A stretch of 64,000 bases of DNA, taken from Candidatus Uhrbacteria bacterium RIFCSPHIGHO2_01_FULL_63_20 (lineage in GTDB: Bacteria; Patescibacteriota; Patescibacteriia; UBA9934; GWF2-40-263). Position numbers and translations under genes: made by a program. Positions 45,086-54,249 of this stretch are shown here, piece after piece; positions within the stretch are counted from its first letter, which is position 1; every line of letters begins with the position of its first letter. Below the pieces are notes generated by a model. It had not been told where the DNA came from and searched no databases. It saw only the letters and a list, made by a program, of their open reading frames with translations. Where the stretch lies: assembly GCA_001791045.1 (NCBI GenBank), contig MGDT01000004.1:136767-200766 (forward strand). Direction: 5' to 3'.

Positions 45086-46477
45086 TCAAAGCGCGTACAG
45101 CTTTTGTTTGATGAGTTCGATGTCGTGCTGAAGCTTTTCGTCCTCGTTCAAACAGGTGCAGATCTTGTCGTACGCGTGCATGGCCGTGGTGTGATCGCGC
45201 CCACCAAGCTCCATGCCGATGGAGGGATAACTCGACTTCATTTCCTCGCGCAGGAGGTACATGACGATCTGGCGCGGGAAGGCGAGACGCTTCTCGCGGC
45301 TCTTCCCGAGCAGGTCGTCCACGTTCAGGTCGAAGTATCCGGCGACCGTCGCGATCACCTGTCGCGGGGTGAGCGTCTTCTTGTTCGTGTTCGGGCTGAA
45401 GCTCGTGAGAATCGGTTTCACGCTTTCGACCGTGGGCGGGATGTTCTTGAACTGGTGGAAGGCGATGAGCTTGTTGAGCGCCCCTTCGAGCTCGCGCACG
45501 TTCGTCTGCACGACGCTCGCCACATGGTGGAGGATCTCGCGGTCGAGCGCATAGTTCTTTTCCCGGCACTTGGCCTCTAAAATGGCCACGCGCGTCTCGA
45601 AATCCGGGCTCCCGACGTCGGCCATCATCCCGCATTCGAACCGCGAAATGAGCCGTTGTTCAAGCTCGGGGATGGCCTTTGGCGGGCGGTCCGAGGTGAT
45701 GACGATCTGCTTGTTGCTTTGGTAGAGCTGGTTGAACGTGTGGAAGAACTCCTCCTGCGTGCCATCCTTCCCCTTCAGGAATTGGATGTCGTCGATGAGC
45801 AGGAGGTCTACCTGGCGGTATCGGTCCTTGAACTGTTTCATCTGGCCGCTGCGCACCGAGGAGATGTAATCGTTCGTGAACCGCTCGCAGGTGACGTACA
45901 ACACGTTCAGATTGGGGTTTTTGCGCACCAATTCGTTGCCGACGGCCTGGATCAGGTGGGTTTTCCCAAGCCCCACCCCTCCGTAGATGAACAACGGGTT
46001 GTACACCCCGCCCGGTTGGGCGGCCACGGCCTGCGAGGCGGCGTGCGCGAGCTCGTTTTGCTTCCCCACGATGAACGTGCCGAACACGTATTTGCCGTTC
46101 AGCGTGAATTCCCCGCTTTGCGGCTGGTTCGCATGGATGACGGGCGCGGCCGCGTCTTGGGCGGGCGCGGCCACATAGGCCGGTTCTTGGGCCGCGGCGA
46201 CCGGGACGGCCATGCTCGGGGCCGGGACGCGGGCTTCCACCCGGTAGGAGATCACACGGACCGTGTGATTGGTGAGGTTTTGGAGGCAATTGAGGATGTC
46301 GCGATGGTATTTCTTCTCAAGCCACGCCTTGGTGAAGGCGTTTGGGACCCCGATGCACACTTCGGTGCCTGCCTGGGAGGCGATGAACGTGTTCCTGAAC
46401 CAGGTGGTGAAATTCGCTTTACTGAGCGACAATTCCAGCTCACCAAGCACCGCCTGCCACAGCTCGTGGGTGGTCAT
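45086..46477 (-). CDS. dnaA: chromosomal replication initiator DnaA
   Basis: YNPLFIYGGVGLGKTHL (Walker A), LLIDDIQFL (Walker B), and the C-terminal DNA-binding domain ...RQIVMYLLREEMKSSYPSIGMELGGRDHTTAMHA. Confidence 0.95.
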   Translation of the reverse strand: MTTHELWQAVLGELELSLSKANFTTWFRNTFIASQAGTEVCIGVPNAFTKAWLEKKYHRDILNCLQNLTNHTVRVISYRVEARVPAPSMAVPVAAAQEPAYVAAPAQDAAAPVIHANQPQSGEFTLNGKYVFGTFIVGKQNELAHAASQAVAAQPGGVYNPLFIYGGVGLGKTHLIQAVGNELVRKNPNLNVLYVTCERFTNDYISSVRSGQMKQFKDRYRQVDLLLIDDIQFLKGKDGTQEEFFHTFNQLYQSNKQIVITSDRPPKAIPELEQRLISRFECGMMADVGSPDFETRVAILEAKCREKNYALDREILHHVASVVQTNVRELEGALNKLIAFHQFKNIPPTVESVKPILTSFSPNTNKKTLTPRQVIATVAGYFDLNVDDLLGKSREKRLAFPRQIVMYLLREEMKSSYPSIGMELGGRDHTTAMHAYDKICTCLNEDEKLQHDIELIKQKLYAL

Positions 46478-46611
46478 AGCATCAAGAGAGGTTCCTCCTT
46501 AAGTCCGTCTAGCGCTCCGTAGTGTAGTGCAGCTATCCACATGGGGGCAAGTGTGCGGACAGAGGGGAAAACGGTTGATAAGTTGTGGACGGGGTGTTAG
46601 GCTGTCCGGGT

Positions 46612-46764
46612 ATGAAAAGGACCTACCAACCAAAAAAGGCCCGGCGCGCGAAAGTGCATGGGTTCCGCGTCCGATCCCGCTCCCGCAGCGGCCGCAAGGT
46701 TCTGGCCGGCCGCCGAGCCTCGGGACGCAAGCGCGTAAGCGTGCAGAAGAAAAAGCTTAAATAG
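46612..46764 (+). CDS. rpmH: 50S ribosomal protein L34
   Basis: [50 protein letters not shown]. It is 50 aa, below the ORF-track cutoff, and was found by reading the sequence. Confidence 0.9.
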   Translation: MKRTYQPKKARRAKVHGFRVRSRSRSGRKVLAGRRASGRKRVSVQKKKLK

Positions 46765-46766
46765 AT

Positions 46767-47105
46767 ATGCTGTCGGCGAAGCATCGGCTCCGCCACGAGA
46801 AGGATATCAAAGCGCTCTTCGCCGAAGGCAAGGGCGTTTTTGATGCGGTGTGCGGGTTGAAGTATCGCAAGAACGGCCTGTCGGACTCGCGTTTCGCCGT
46901 CGTGGTCGGCACGAAGGTGTCGAAGTCGGCCGTGGATCGCAACAAGGTGCGTCGGCGCATCCGTTCGGTGCTCGAAGCGAGGATGGATGCCATCAAGCCC
47001 GGATACGACGTGGCGTTCCTGGTCCGCCCCGGAGCGATCAAGAAGGATTTCAAGGCGATCGAAACGGCCGTCGTGTCCTCGCTCACGCGCGCGAAGCTGT
47101 TGTGA
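46767..47105 (+). CDS. rnpA: ribonuclease P protein component
   Basis: RLRHEKDIKALF...RFAVVVGTKVSKSAVDRNKVRRRIRSVL (RNR motif), directly after rpmH. Confidence 0.85.
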   Translation: MLSAKHRLRHEKDIKALFAEGKGVFDAVCGLKYRKNGLSDSRFAVVVGTKVSKSAVDRNKVRRRIRSVLEARMDAIKPGYDVAFLVRPGAIKKDFKAIETAVVSSLTRAKLL

Positions 47106-47350
47106 AGACCTTGTTCGTCTGGATCATCAAGGGATATCAGGCGACCCTCTCCCCGGATCATGGACCCTTGCGGGCGTTCCATCCGTACGGATACTGCAAA
47201 TTCCATCCGACCTGTTCGAGCTACGCGATCGAAGCGATCGGACGGTTCGGAGCGGCAAAAGGAGGCTGGTTTGCCATGAAACGACTGATTCGATGCCATC
47301 CATGGTCCTCGGGTGGGATCGACGAGGTTCCCAAACAAAAAACGGCCTAA
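47102..47350 (+). CDS. yidD: membrane protein insertion efficiency factor YidD
   Basis: YQATLSP....CKFHPTCSSYAIEAIGRFGAAKGGWFAMKRLIRCHPW. The GTG start overlaps the rnpA stop. Confidence 0.8.
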   Translation: MKTLFVWIIKGYQATLSPDHGPLRAFHPYGYCKFHPTCSSYAIEAIGRFGAAKGGWFAMKRLIRCHPWSSGGIDEVPKQKTA

Positions 47351-47592
47351 TCCGGCCGTTTTTTCGTTCCTTCGGGGAGCCGTACCTGTTTCATCCTTGT
47401 CGAGGCGCCTCGGACGAGCTCGATGGAGGAGCGAGGGATGCCGAGTTCGTCTGAGAGCAGTCGTAGGACCGCCTCGTTGGCCTTTCCCTTCTCCGGCGGC
47501 GCGGTCACCTCCACCTTTACCGTCGTGTCGTCCAACCATGAGACGATCCGAGTCGCACGCGCGTTTGGTTTCACATGTATCGTGATGATCAC
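47347..47592 (-). CDS. DUF167 (YggU-like) protein
   Basis: IHVKPNARATRIV..VKVEVTAPPEKGKANEAVLRLLSDELGIPRSSIELVRGASTR. Confidence 0.75.
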   Translation of the reverse strand: MIITIHVKPNARATRIVSWLDDTTVKVEVTAPPEKGKANEAVLRLLSDELGIPRSSIELVRGASTRMKQVRLPEGTKKRPD

Positions 47593-48386
47593 ATCTTCCG
47601 TTTGCGGCGCTCGGCACGGATGGTGCTCACGATCTTTTCGTGGATCACCCGGTTGCTCGCTACCAGGTCATCGCTCGTGATGAGCCACGGGTTCCCATCA
47701 TACGTGGTCACCTTTCCGCCCGCCTCGCGCACGAGCAGCACGCCCGCAGCGGTGTCCCATGGCTTGTCGCCGGTCAGGATTACGCCGTCGGCGCGCCCGG
47801 CAGCGACCATGGCGAGCATGATGGCGGCGGTGCCGAGCCGGCGGAAGTAGGGCATGGAGAGCTCAAGCGCGGTCACGATGTTGCGATGCGTCTCGCGGTC
47901 GCGATTGCGGTACCCGCGTCCGGCCAAGAACAGCGCGCCATGCGCCACGGAGCGCTTCGACACGCGAATGCGTTTCCCGTTGAGATACGCCCCCTTTCCC
48001 TTTTCGGCCGTGAACAGCTCGTCGTGGGTGGGATCATAGATGACGGCGAGCTCGGGAATCCCCTTGCGGATCCGGGCGATCGCCACCGCGAACAGCGGGA
48101 TCCCGTTGATGTAGTTCGTGGTCCCGTCGAGCGGGTCGATGATCCAGGTGGCCCCGTCGCCGATCTCAAGCGGCGCCCGGTCGGATTCCTCGCTCAAGAG
48201 GTGATCGTCGGGGAACGCGTCCGAAAGCCGACGCAAAATGAGCCTGTTGCTGGCCAAATCCACCTCCGACACCGGACCGCCCTGCGCCTTGTATCGCACG
48301 CGGTTCCCGTTCTTGTGGAAGTGCTTCTTGAGGATGGCGCCAGCGTCTTTGGCGGCTTTTACGGCGACGCGGAGTTCAGGAGACAT
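47589..48386 (-). CDS. inositol monophosphatase-family phosphatase
   Basis: LSEESD and WIIDPLDGTTNY motifs, plus the late WDTAAG motif. Confidence 0.85.
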   Translation of the reverse strand: MSPELRVAVKAAKDAGAILKKHFHKNGNRVRYKAQGGPVSEVDLASNRLILRRLSDAFPDDHLLSEESDRAPLEIGDGATWIIDPLDGTTNYINGIPLFAVAIARIRKGIPELAVIYDPTHDELFTAEKGKGAYLNGKRIRVSKRSVAHGALFLAGRGYRNRDRETHRNIVTALELSMPYFRRLGTAAIMLAMVAAGRADGVILTGDKPWDTAAGVLLVREAGGKVTTYDGNPWLITSDDLVASNRVIHEKIVSTIRAERRKRKM

Positions 48387-48398
48387 AGCTAAACCAGC

Positions 48399-49235
48399 TT
48401 ACGCCGAGCGGAATTCCTTGAGAAGACGCAGGTCTTCGCTCACCCCGTCGTCCCAAGGGGTCTCGAGGATGAGGTTGATATGCTGCAGTTCCTCCAATCC
48501 GACGATGGATTTGAACCCTTCCAGCCCGATTTTGCCCTTTCCCAGGTGTTCGTGGCGGTCTTTATGGGCCTCGAAGTCCACAAGCGAGTCATTGCAATGG
48601 CTCATCACGAGCTTTTCGAGTCCGACGACGCTGTCGAACTCGGCGAAGGTCGCGACCACCGCCTCCGGCGTCCGAAGATCGTATCCCGAGGCGAAGGCGT
48701 GCTGCGTGTCAAAGCACACGCCGATCTCCTTCCCGCGCTTAGCCCCGTCCAAAAACGCCGCGATCTCCTCGAACGAGTCGCCCATCACCGCTCCGGCGCC
48801 AGCGGAAATTTCCGCGAGCAGCTGACACTTCCCCGTGTAGCCGTCGAGGATCTTGTCGAGACCTTCGATGACCATCTCGATCCCCTTCTCTTGCCCCACG
48901 TCTTTCGCGGATCCCGGATGGAACATGACCGCGTCGCACCCGAGCGCGCTCCCGCGCTCAAGCTCGTCGCGGATGATGGATACCGACGAGTGGCGGATGC
49001 GCGGCTCGGCCGAGGCGAGGTTCACGAAATACGGCGCATGGATGTAGGCCGCCTTCTGCCCATGCTCCTTCATGGCGTCCGTGAACCGCTTGGCGACGTC
49101 GGCCGTGATCGGAGAGGGCTTCCCGCCCTGCGGTGGCCGGGAAAACATCTGGAAGCATTCGCATCCCAATTCCGCCGCATTCTTGGGTGCGTTCCACAAT
49201 CCCCCCGCCGCCGAGACATGAGCGCCGAACAACAT
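48399..49235 (-). CDS. nfo: endonuclease IV (deoxyribonuclease IV)
   Basis: FGAHVSAAGG, FQMFSRPPQG, YIHAPYFVNL, MFHPGS, CFDTQHAFASGYD, HCNDS. Confidence 0.9.
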   Translation of the reverse strand: MLFGAHVSAAGGLWNAPKNAAELGCECFQMFSRPPQGGKPSPITADVAKRFTDAMKEHGQKAAYIHAPYFVNLASAEPRIRHSSVSIIRDELERGSALGCDAVMFHPGSAKDVGQEKGIEMVIEGLDKILDGYTGKCQLLAEISAGAGAVMGDSFEEIAAFLDGAKRGKEIGVCFDTQHAFASGYDLRTPEAVVATFAEFDSVVGLEKLVMSHCNDSLVDFEAHKDRHEHLGKGKIGLEGFKSIVGLEELQHINLILETPWDDGVSEDLRLLKEFRSA

Positions 49236-49254
49236 AGGTGTTCGCGTTTCGCCC

Positions 49255-50544
49255 TTATTTTACCATCGTTTTGCGCAACTCTTGCACGACCTTCCGATTC
49301 TTCAAAACGGTGGTCACGTACTCGCGGTACGCCGGCGAGTACAGGCGCTTCTTCGCCTCCGCGTCCTCGTAGTTTTCGGCGAGGCGATCGAGTTCGTCGT
49401 CCACGTCCTTCTCGTCGACCGTGACCGTGAGCTGCTTCGCGAGCTCCTTCACGATGAGCGCGACCTTGATGCGGACGAGCGCCTGCGGAGCGAACTCGAG
49501 TTTCAGCTGCGCGATACCCTTCTTGATCCCCTCCAGGTACTTGTCGAAATCGAGTCCTTGGCCGGTCACGTTGTGCTCGAGCTCGTGCAACATCTTGTTC
49601 ACCTCCTCGTTCACGAGCAGGTCGGGGATGTCGTCGAAGCGCGATTCCTTCGCGATGAGCTCCAGCACCTCGCGCTCTTCGCGGCGACCCTCTTCCTCGG
49701 CGCGTTCGGCCGCGAGGTTCTCCTTGATGCGGCCGCGTAGCGTGGCGAGATCGGTCTGTCCAAGCGACTTCGCGAACGCGTCGTCGGGCGTGGGAGATTC
49801 CAGGTGATACAGCTCGTTCAACGTCACGTCGAATTCCACGTCGGATCCAGCGAGCAGTTTGGACGCGTGTTCGGCCGGGAACTTGAGCGTGAAGGTCTTC
49901 TGTTCCCCTTCCTTCATGCCAGAAACCTGTTCCTTGAACCCGGGGACGTAATAATCCTCACCGAACAGCACGATATGGTTTGGCGACTGACCGCCCTCAA
50001 CCGGCACACCGTCCTTTTTCATGTTCATGGCAACCACGGCCTTATCGGTACCGCCAGCGGCCGTCACCCCGACCGCGCGGACCTCCTTGGTTTGCATGCG
50101 GGAGAGATCCTTCAGCACCACGTCCACGTCTTTCTCCTCGACCGGCTTGCGAACGGATTTCACCGAAAGCTTCTTGTGGTCCGCGAGCTTGGTGACCGCG
50201 GGCATGCGCGCCACCTCCGCGGTGTACACGAGGTCGTTGCCAGGGGCGAGCTTCACCACGTCGATCTTGGGCGAGCCTACCGTTTCCAGATCGTTTTTGG
50301 CGAACGCCTCGAACAGCGTCGCGCGCACGACCGGTTCGAGCGCGGCTTCGTAGATCTTCATCTCACCGACGCGGTTCTTTACGATATCGAACCCGGCTTT
50401 GCCCGGACGGAACCCCGGGATGGACGTTTCCTCGGACAGCGCCGTGGCCGCCGCCCCAAGATGGGGCTGGAGCTCTTCCTGGGAAACGGTCACGGTGATC
50501 TTTACCGTGTTTTTGGGGAGGTTTTCGACCTGGATGGAAGGCAT
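49255..50544 (-). CDS. tig: trigger factor
   Basis: 429 aa. N-terminal ribosome-binding domain with IPGFRPGKAGFDIV, a central PPIase-like region, and a C-terminal helical arm. Confidence 0.9.
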   Translation of the reverse strand: MPSIQVENLPKNTVKITVTVSQEELQPHLGAAATALSEETSIPGFRPGKAGFDIVKNRVGEMKIYEAALEPVVRATLFEAFAKNDLETVGSPKIDVVKLAPGNDLVYTAEVARMPAVTKLADHKKLSVKSVRKPVEEKDVDVVLKDLSRMQTKEVRAVGVTAAGGTDKAVVAMNMKKDGVPVEGGQSPNHIVLFGEDYYVPGFKEQVSGMKEGEQKTFTLKFPAEHASKLLAGSDVEFDVTLNELYHLESPTPDDAFAKSLGQTDLATLRGRIKENLAAERAEEEGRREEREVLELIAKESRFDDIPDLLVNEEVNKMLHELEHNVTGQGLDFDKYLEGIKKGIAQLKLEFAPQALVRIKVALIVKELAKQLTVTVDEKDVDDELDRLAENYEDAEAKKRLYSPAYREYVTTVLKNRKVVQELRKTMVK

Positions 50545-50585
50545 ATTGGGGCGAGAGTACGCGAAGAATCGCCAGAAGTCAACGG

Positions 50586-50614
50586 TTGACGGAAGGCCGG
50601 TTTTCCGCTAGATT
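50586..50614 (+). promoter_or_regulatory. consensus promoter with conserved spacer (TTGACGGAAGGCCGGTTTTCCGCTAGATT)
   Basis: TTGACG (50586-50591), 17-nt spacer, TAGATT (50609-50614). Confidence 0.5.
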
Positions 50615-50651
50615 GTGGTCGCGCCAGTTGAATACACGACACGGAGGAACG

Positions 50652-50884
50652 ATGGGAATACATGTGAACGGTCCGGTTTGGGTCATCCTTACCCCAGCCG
50701 GAGAAAGAATCTTCGATAACTATTGCGAAAAAAACGGGTCGTCCGTGCTGAGTTCGACGCGAAGGCGGATCCCTGGAGACAATTTCCGCTCTGGGAGCTC
50801 ATGAGCATCTTCGGTTCATACATGCACCAAGGAACGGAGCCACTATTCGAGGAGAACATGCTGTCTCTCGATGATCCCCACTGA
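50652..50884 (+). CDS. small hypothetical gene split at an A_AAA_AAC heptamer (0-frame 50 aa; -1 trans-frame 77 aa)
   Basis: GGAGGA then ATG at 50652. The 0 frame stops at 50804. The -1 frame stays open from the A7 run (50728-50734) to the TGA at 50882-50884 and reads protein-like (..RVVRAEFDAKADPWRQFPLWELMSIFGSYMHQGTEPLFEENMLSLDDPH). Confidence 0.45.
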
Positions 50885-50943
50885 CCTCGCGCACCCACAG
50901 ACGCAAGAGCGCACGGCTCTCGTCCCGGGTGCGCTTTTGTTTT

Positions 50944-50975
50944 CCCAAAACCAAACCCCGCCCTTTCGGGCGGGG
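50944..50975 (-). terminator. intrinsic terminator
   Basis: CCCCGCCC-gaaa-GGGCGGGG followed by TTTGGTTTTGGG on the minus strand. Confidence 0.7.
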
Positions 50976-50981
50976 CTGTCG

Positions 50982-51305
50982 CTAGGCGGAGAGGACGACG
51001 TGGCGTTCGATGCGGTCGAAGCGGGGGTAGGTCATGAGAAATTCCTGCTCCGCCCGCTCCAGGCGTTTTCCAAAATCCACGACCGTGCCGACGACCTCGT
51101 CCTTAAATGATCGGAGGTCGTCCTTGGTGGCGAACGTGTCCATCCGTTCCTTCACGCCGATGACTTCTACGGCAAGCATATCCACCCGTGTGTCCAGCGA
51201 ATCCAGCCGGACATTCGTGACATCCGTCTTTCGGTCGATTTCCTTGACCTTTCGATCGATGGATTCGACTTTGCTAAGAATCTGGTTAAGGACGGAATCC
51301 TCCAT
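50982..51305 (-). CDS. coiled-coil mini-protein (paralog of 56147-56458)
   Basis: MEDSVLNQILSKVESIDRKVKEIDRK..RLDSLDTRVDMLAVEVIGVKERMDTFATKDDL...DFGKRLE. Confidence 0.55.
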   Translation of the reverse strand: MEDSVLNQILSKVESIDRKVKEIDRKTDVTNVRLDSLDTRVDMLAVEVIGVKERMDTFATKDDLRSFKDEVVGTVVDFGKRLERAEQEFLMTYPRFDRIERHVVLSA

Positions 51306-51437
51306 ACATTTTTATCTTACGAGTATTTGAAGCGGTTGCCAATGTGGAAACAAAACGACCTCCGCGGGGCGGGGGTCGTTATTCGATACCCGTACTCTAT
51401 CCGATTTCAGGCCGATTGTCAACCTGGTTCCTGTGGA

Positions 51438-53435
51438 TTACGCGATGAAGGCGACGATGAGGAGGGCCACGATGTTCAGGATCTTGATCATCGGGTTGAT
51501 GGCGGGCCCGGCCGTGTCCTTGTACGGGTCGCCCACGGTGTCGCCGGTCACGGCCGCCTTGTGGGCGTCGCTCCCTTTGCCGCCGTAGTTGCCCGACTCG
51601 ATGAACTTCTTGGCGTTATCCCACGCGCCGCCGCCGGTCGTCATCGAGATGGCGACGAAAAGTCCCGTCACGATGGAACCGATGAGGAGCCCCCCGAGCG
51701 CTTCCTTGCCAAGACCGAAGCCCACCACGATCGGGGCGAGCACGGCCATGAGCGACGGGAGAACCATCTTGCGGATCGCCTCCTGCGTCACGATGTCCAC
51801 GGCACGGGCATAATCCGGCTTGCCGGTGCCGTCCATGATGCCCGGGATCTCCTTGAACTGGCGACGCACTTCGGTCACCACGCTCCCCGCGGCCTGACCC
51901 ACGGCCTCCATGGCCATGGCGCCGAACAAGTAGGTGATGATGCCGCCCAAGAACAATCCGGCGATGACGCGAGGTTCCGAGAGGTCGAACGCGGAGGAGA
52001 GTCCGCGCGCTTCGATCGCGTGCACGTAGTCGCCGAACAAGACGAGGGTCGCGAGCCCGGCCGAACCGATGGCGTACGCCTTGGTCACCGCCTTGGTGGT
52101 GTTGCCCACCGCGTCGAGCGGGTCGGTCACGTCACGGACTTCTTTCGGGAGTTCGGACATCTCGGCGATGCCGCCCGCGTTGTCCGTGATCGGACCGTAC
52201 GCGTCGATCGCCACGATGATGCCCGTGAGCGAAAGCATCGCCATGGCCGCGATCGCGACGCCGTAGAGGCCGGCCTGCTGATACGCGATGAGGATGCCCA
52301 GCACGATGGTGAGCACCGGAAGCGCGGTCGACTTCATCGAGAGCGCGAGGCCCGCGATGATGTTGGTGCCGTGTCCCGACCGTGACGCCTCCGCGAGCTT
52401 CTTCACCGGAGCGTACTGGGTGCCGGTGTAGTACTCGGTGATCATGATCATGAGACCGGTGATCACGAGCCCGAGCACGGCGCACAGGAACACCGCCATC
52501 GGGTCGAGCCCGTCGATGCCGGAAAGCAGGTTCTTGGTGAGCGGATAGAATCCGACGGCAGCGAGCACGCCCGCGACCGCGAGCCCTTTGTACAGGGCGC
52601 CCATGATGTTCTTCTTGTCCGCGCCAAGCTTCACGAAGAAGGTGCCGGCCACCGAGGCGACGATCGCGACGGCGCCCAGCGCGAGCGGATAGAGCGTGGC
52701 GTTCGACGAATCCGGGAACAACAGGTGGCCAAGCACCATGGTGGCCACGGTGGTCACGGCGTAGGTCTCGAACAGGTCCGCGGCCATGCCGGCGCAGTCG
52801 CCCACGTTGTCGCCCACGTTGTCGGCGATCACGGCCGGGTTGCGCGGGTCATCTTCCGGGATGCCCGCTTCCGTTTTTCCGACGAGGTCGGCGCCCACGT
52901 CCGCGGCTTTCGTGAAGATGCCTCCGCCAAGCCTCGCGAACACGCTGATGAGCGAACCGCCGAAGCCAAGGCCGATGAGCGCATCCACGTCTCCGGTCGC
53001 GGCATAGAATCCGGCGACGCCGAGCAGCGCCAGGCCGACCACGAACAGGCCGGTCACCGATCCGCCCTTGAACGCCATGTCGAGCGCGTTCTCAAGCCCG
53101 CGCTTCGCCGCCTCGGTCGTGCGCACGTTCGCGCGCACGGACACCGACATGCCGATGTAGCCGGCCACGCCCGACAGGACGGCGCCCACCGCGAACCCGG
53201 CGGCCATGGTCCAGCCAAGCGCGAAGCCGACCACCAAGAAGATCGCGAGGCCGATCTGGGCGATCGTCTTATACTGGCGCGCCATGTAGGCGTTCGCCCC
53301 TTCCTGGATCGCGAGCGCGATCCCTTTCATCTTGCCGTCCCCGGCGGGTTGTTTGAGGATCCACTGGATCAGGAACCCTCCGTAGGCGAGCGCGATAACG
53401 GCGGAGCCCAAGGCGTACGTCACGATGCTGTTCAT
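51438..53435 (-). CDS. hppA: membrane-bound H+/Na+-translocating pyrophosphatase
   Basis: 665 aa with ~16 TM helices. Motifs [36 protein letters not shown] and [14 protein letters not shown]. Confidence 0.95.
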   Translation of the reverse strand: MNSIVTYALGSAVIALAYGGFLIQWILKQPAGDGKMKGIALAIQEGANAYMARQYKTIAQIGLAIFLVVGFALGWTMAAGFAVGAVLSGVAGYIGMSVSVRANVRTTEAAKRGLENALDMAFKGGSVTGLFVVGLALLGVAGFYAATGDVDALIGLGFGGSLISVFARLGGGIFTKAADVGADLVGKTEAGIPEDDPRNPAVIADNVGDNVGDCAGMAADLFETYAVTTVATMVLGHLLFPDSSNATLYPLALGAVAIVASVAGTFFVKLGADKKNIMGALYKGLAVAGVLAAVGFYPLTKNLLSGIDGLDPMAVFLCAVLGLVITGLMIMITEYYTGTQYAPVKKLAEASRSGHGTNIIAGLALSMKSTALPVLTIVLGILIAYQQAGLYGVAIAAMAMLSLTGIIVAIDAYGPITDNAGGIAEMSELPKEVRDVTDPLDAVGNTTKAVTKAYAIGSAGLATLVLFGDYVHAIEARGLSSAFDLSEPRVIAGLFLGGIITYLFGAMAMEAVGQAAGSVVTEVRRQFKEIPGIMDGTGKPDYARAVDIVTQEAIRKMVLPSLMAVLAPIVVGFGLGKEALGGLLIGSIVTGLFVAISMTTGGGAWDNAKKFIESGNYGGKGSDAHKAAVTGDTVGDPYKDTAGPAINPMIKILNIVALLIVAFIA

Positions 53436-53511
53436 AAGCCGGAATTGGCCAAAAATCCCTTAAGACGCTGTAATACTAAGCGTACGTCTTCTCCGGTGTC
53501 AAAGGCCGCCT

Positions 53512-54123
53512 ATGGTCCGCAACCCCACCTTTCTGGCGGAGCGTGAGCTCATGGAGCGGGGATTTCGCGCCATCGCCGGGGTGGATGAGGCGGGGACCGG
53601 GGCGCTCGCGGGCCCCGTGGTGGCCGCCGCGGTCATCTTCCCGCTCGACTCGAGGATCGGGAAGGTGCGCGACAGCAAGCTGCTCGCCGAAGGAGCGCGC
53701 GAGGACCTGTACGACATGGTGATCGAACGCGCCGCCGCGCACGCGGTCGGAATCGTCTCGGTGGTGGAGATCGAAGGGATGGGACTTCGCCGCGCCACGC
53801 TCCTTGCCATGCGCCGCGCGGTCGAGTCCATCGCGTCGGTGGATTACGTGCTCGTGGACGCTTGGACCATCCCAGGCCTCGCGACGCCGCAGCACGGCAT
53901 CATCCACGGCGACCGGTTGGTCAAGTCCATCGCCGCGGCATCCATCGTGGCCAAGGTGACTCGCGACCGGCTCATGCGCGAGCTGTCGCAAGCGTACCCG
54001 GCGTATGGGTTCGACATCCATAAAGGATACGCAACGGCCGAACACCGTTGTGCGATACAAAGACATGGCCCCTGTCCGGCCCACCGGCTCTCGTACAAGA
54101 CCTTTCATCCTCCCATCACCTAA
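53512..54123 (+). CDS. rnhB: ribonuclease HII
   Basis: AGVDEAGTGALAGPVVAAAV, DSKLL, SIAAASIVAKVTRD, GYATAEH. Confidence 0.9.
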   Translation: MVRNPTFLAERELMERGFRAIAGVDEAGTGALAGPVVAAAVIFPLDSRIGKVRDSKLLAEGAREDLYDMVIERAAAHAVGIVSVVEIEGMGLRRATLLAMRRAVESIASVDYVLVDAWTIPGLATPQHGIIHGDRLVKSIAAASIVAKVTRDRLMRELSQAYPAYGFDIHKGYATAEHRCAIQRHGPCPAHRLSYKTFHPPIT

Positions 54124-54249
54124 AAATGGCTTGACTCAGCCGAATATCGACCCAAAACCATTGACCGATTCCCCCCGTTTTGCTACCATCCTGCCACCTG
54201 ATAAGCGGGTAACCCCTCCTTTATCAAGCTCGCGATCAAGCAATGGTTC

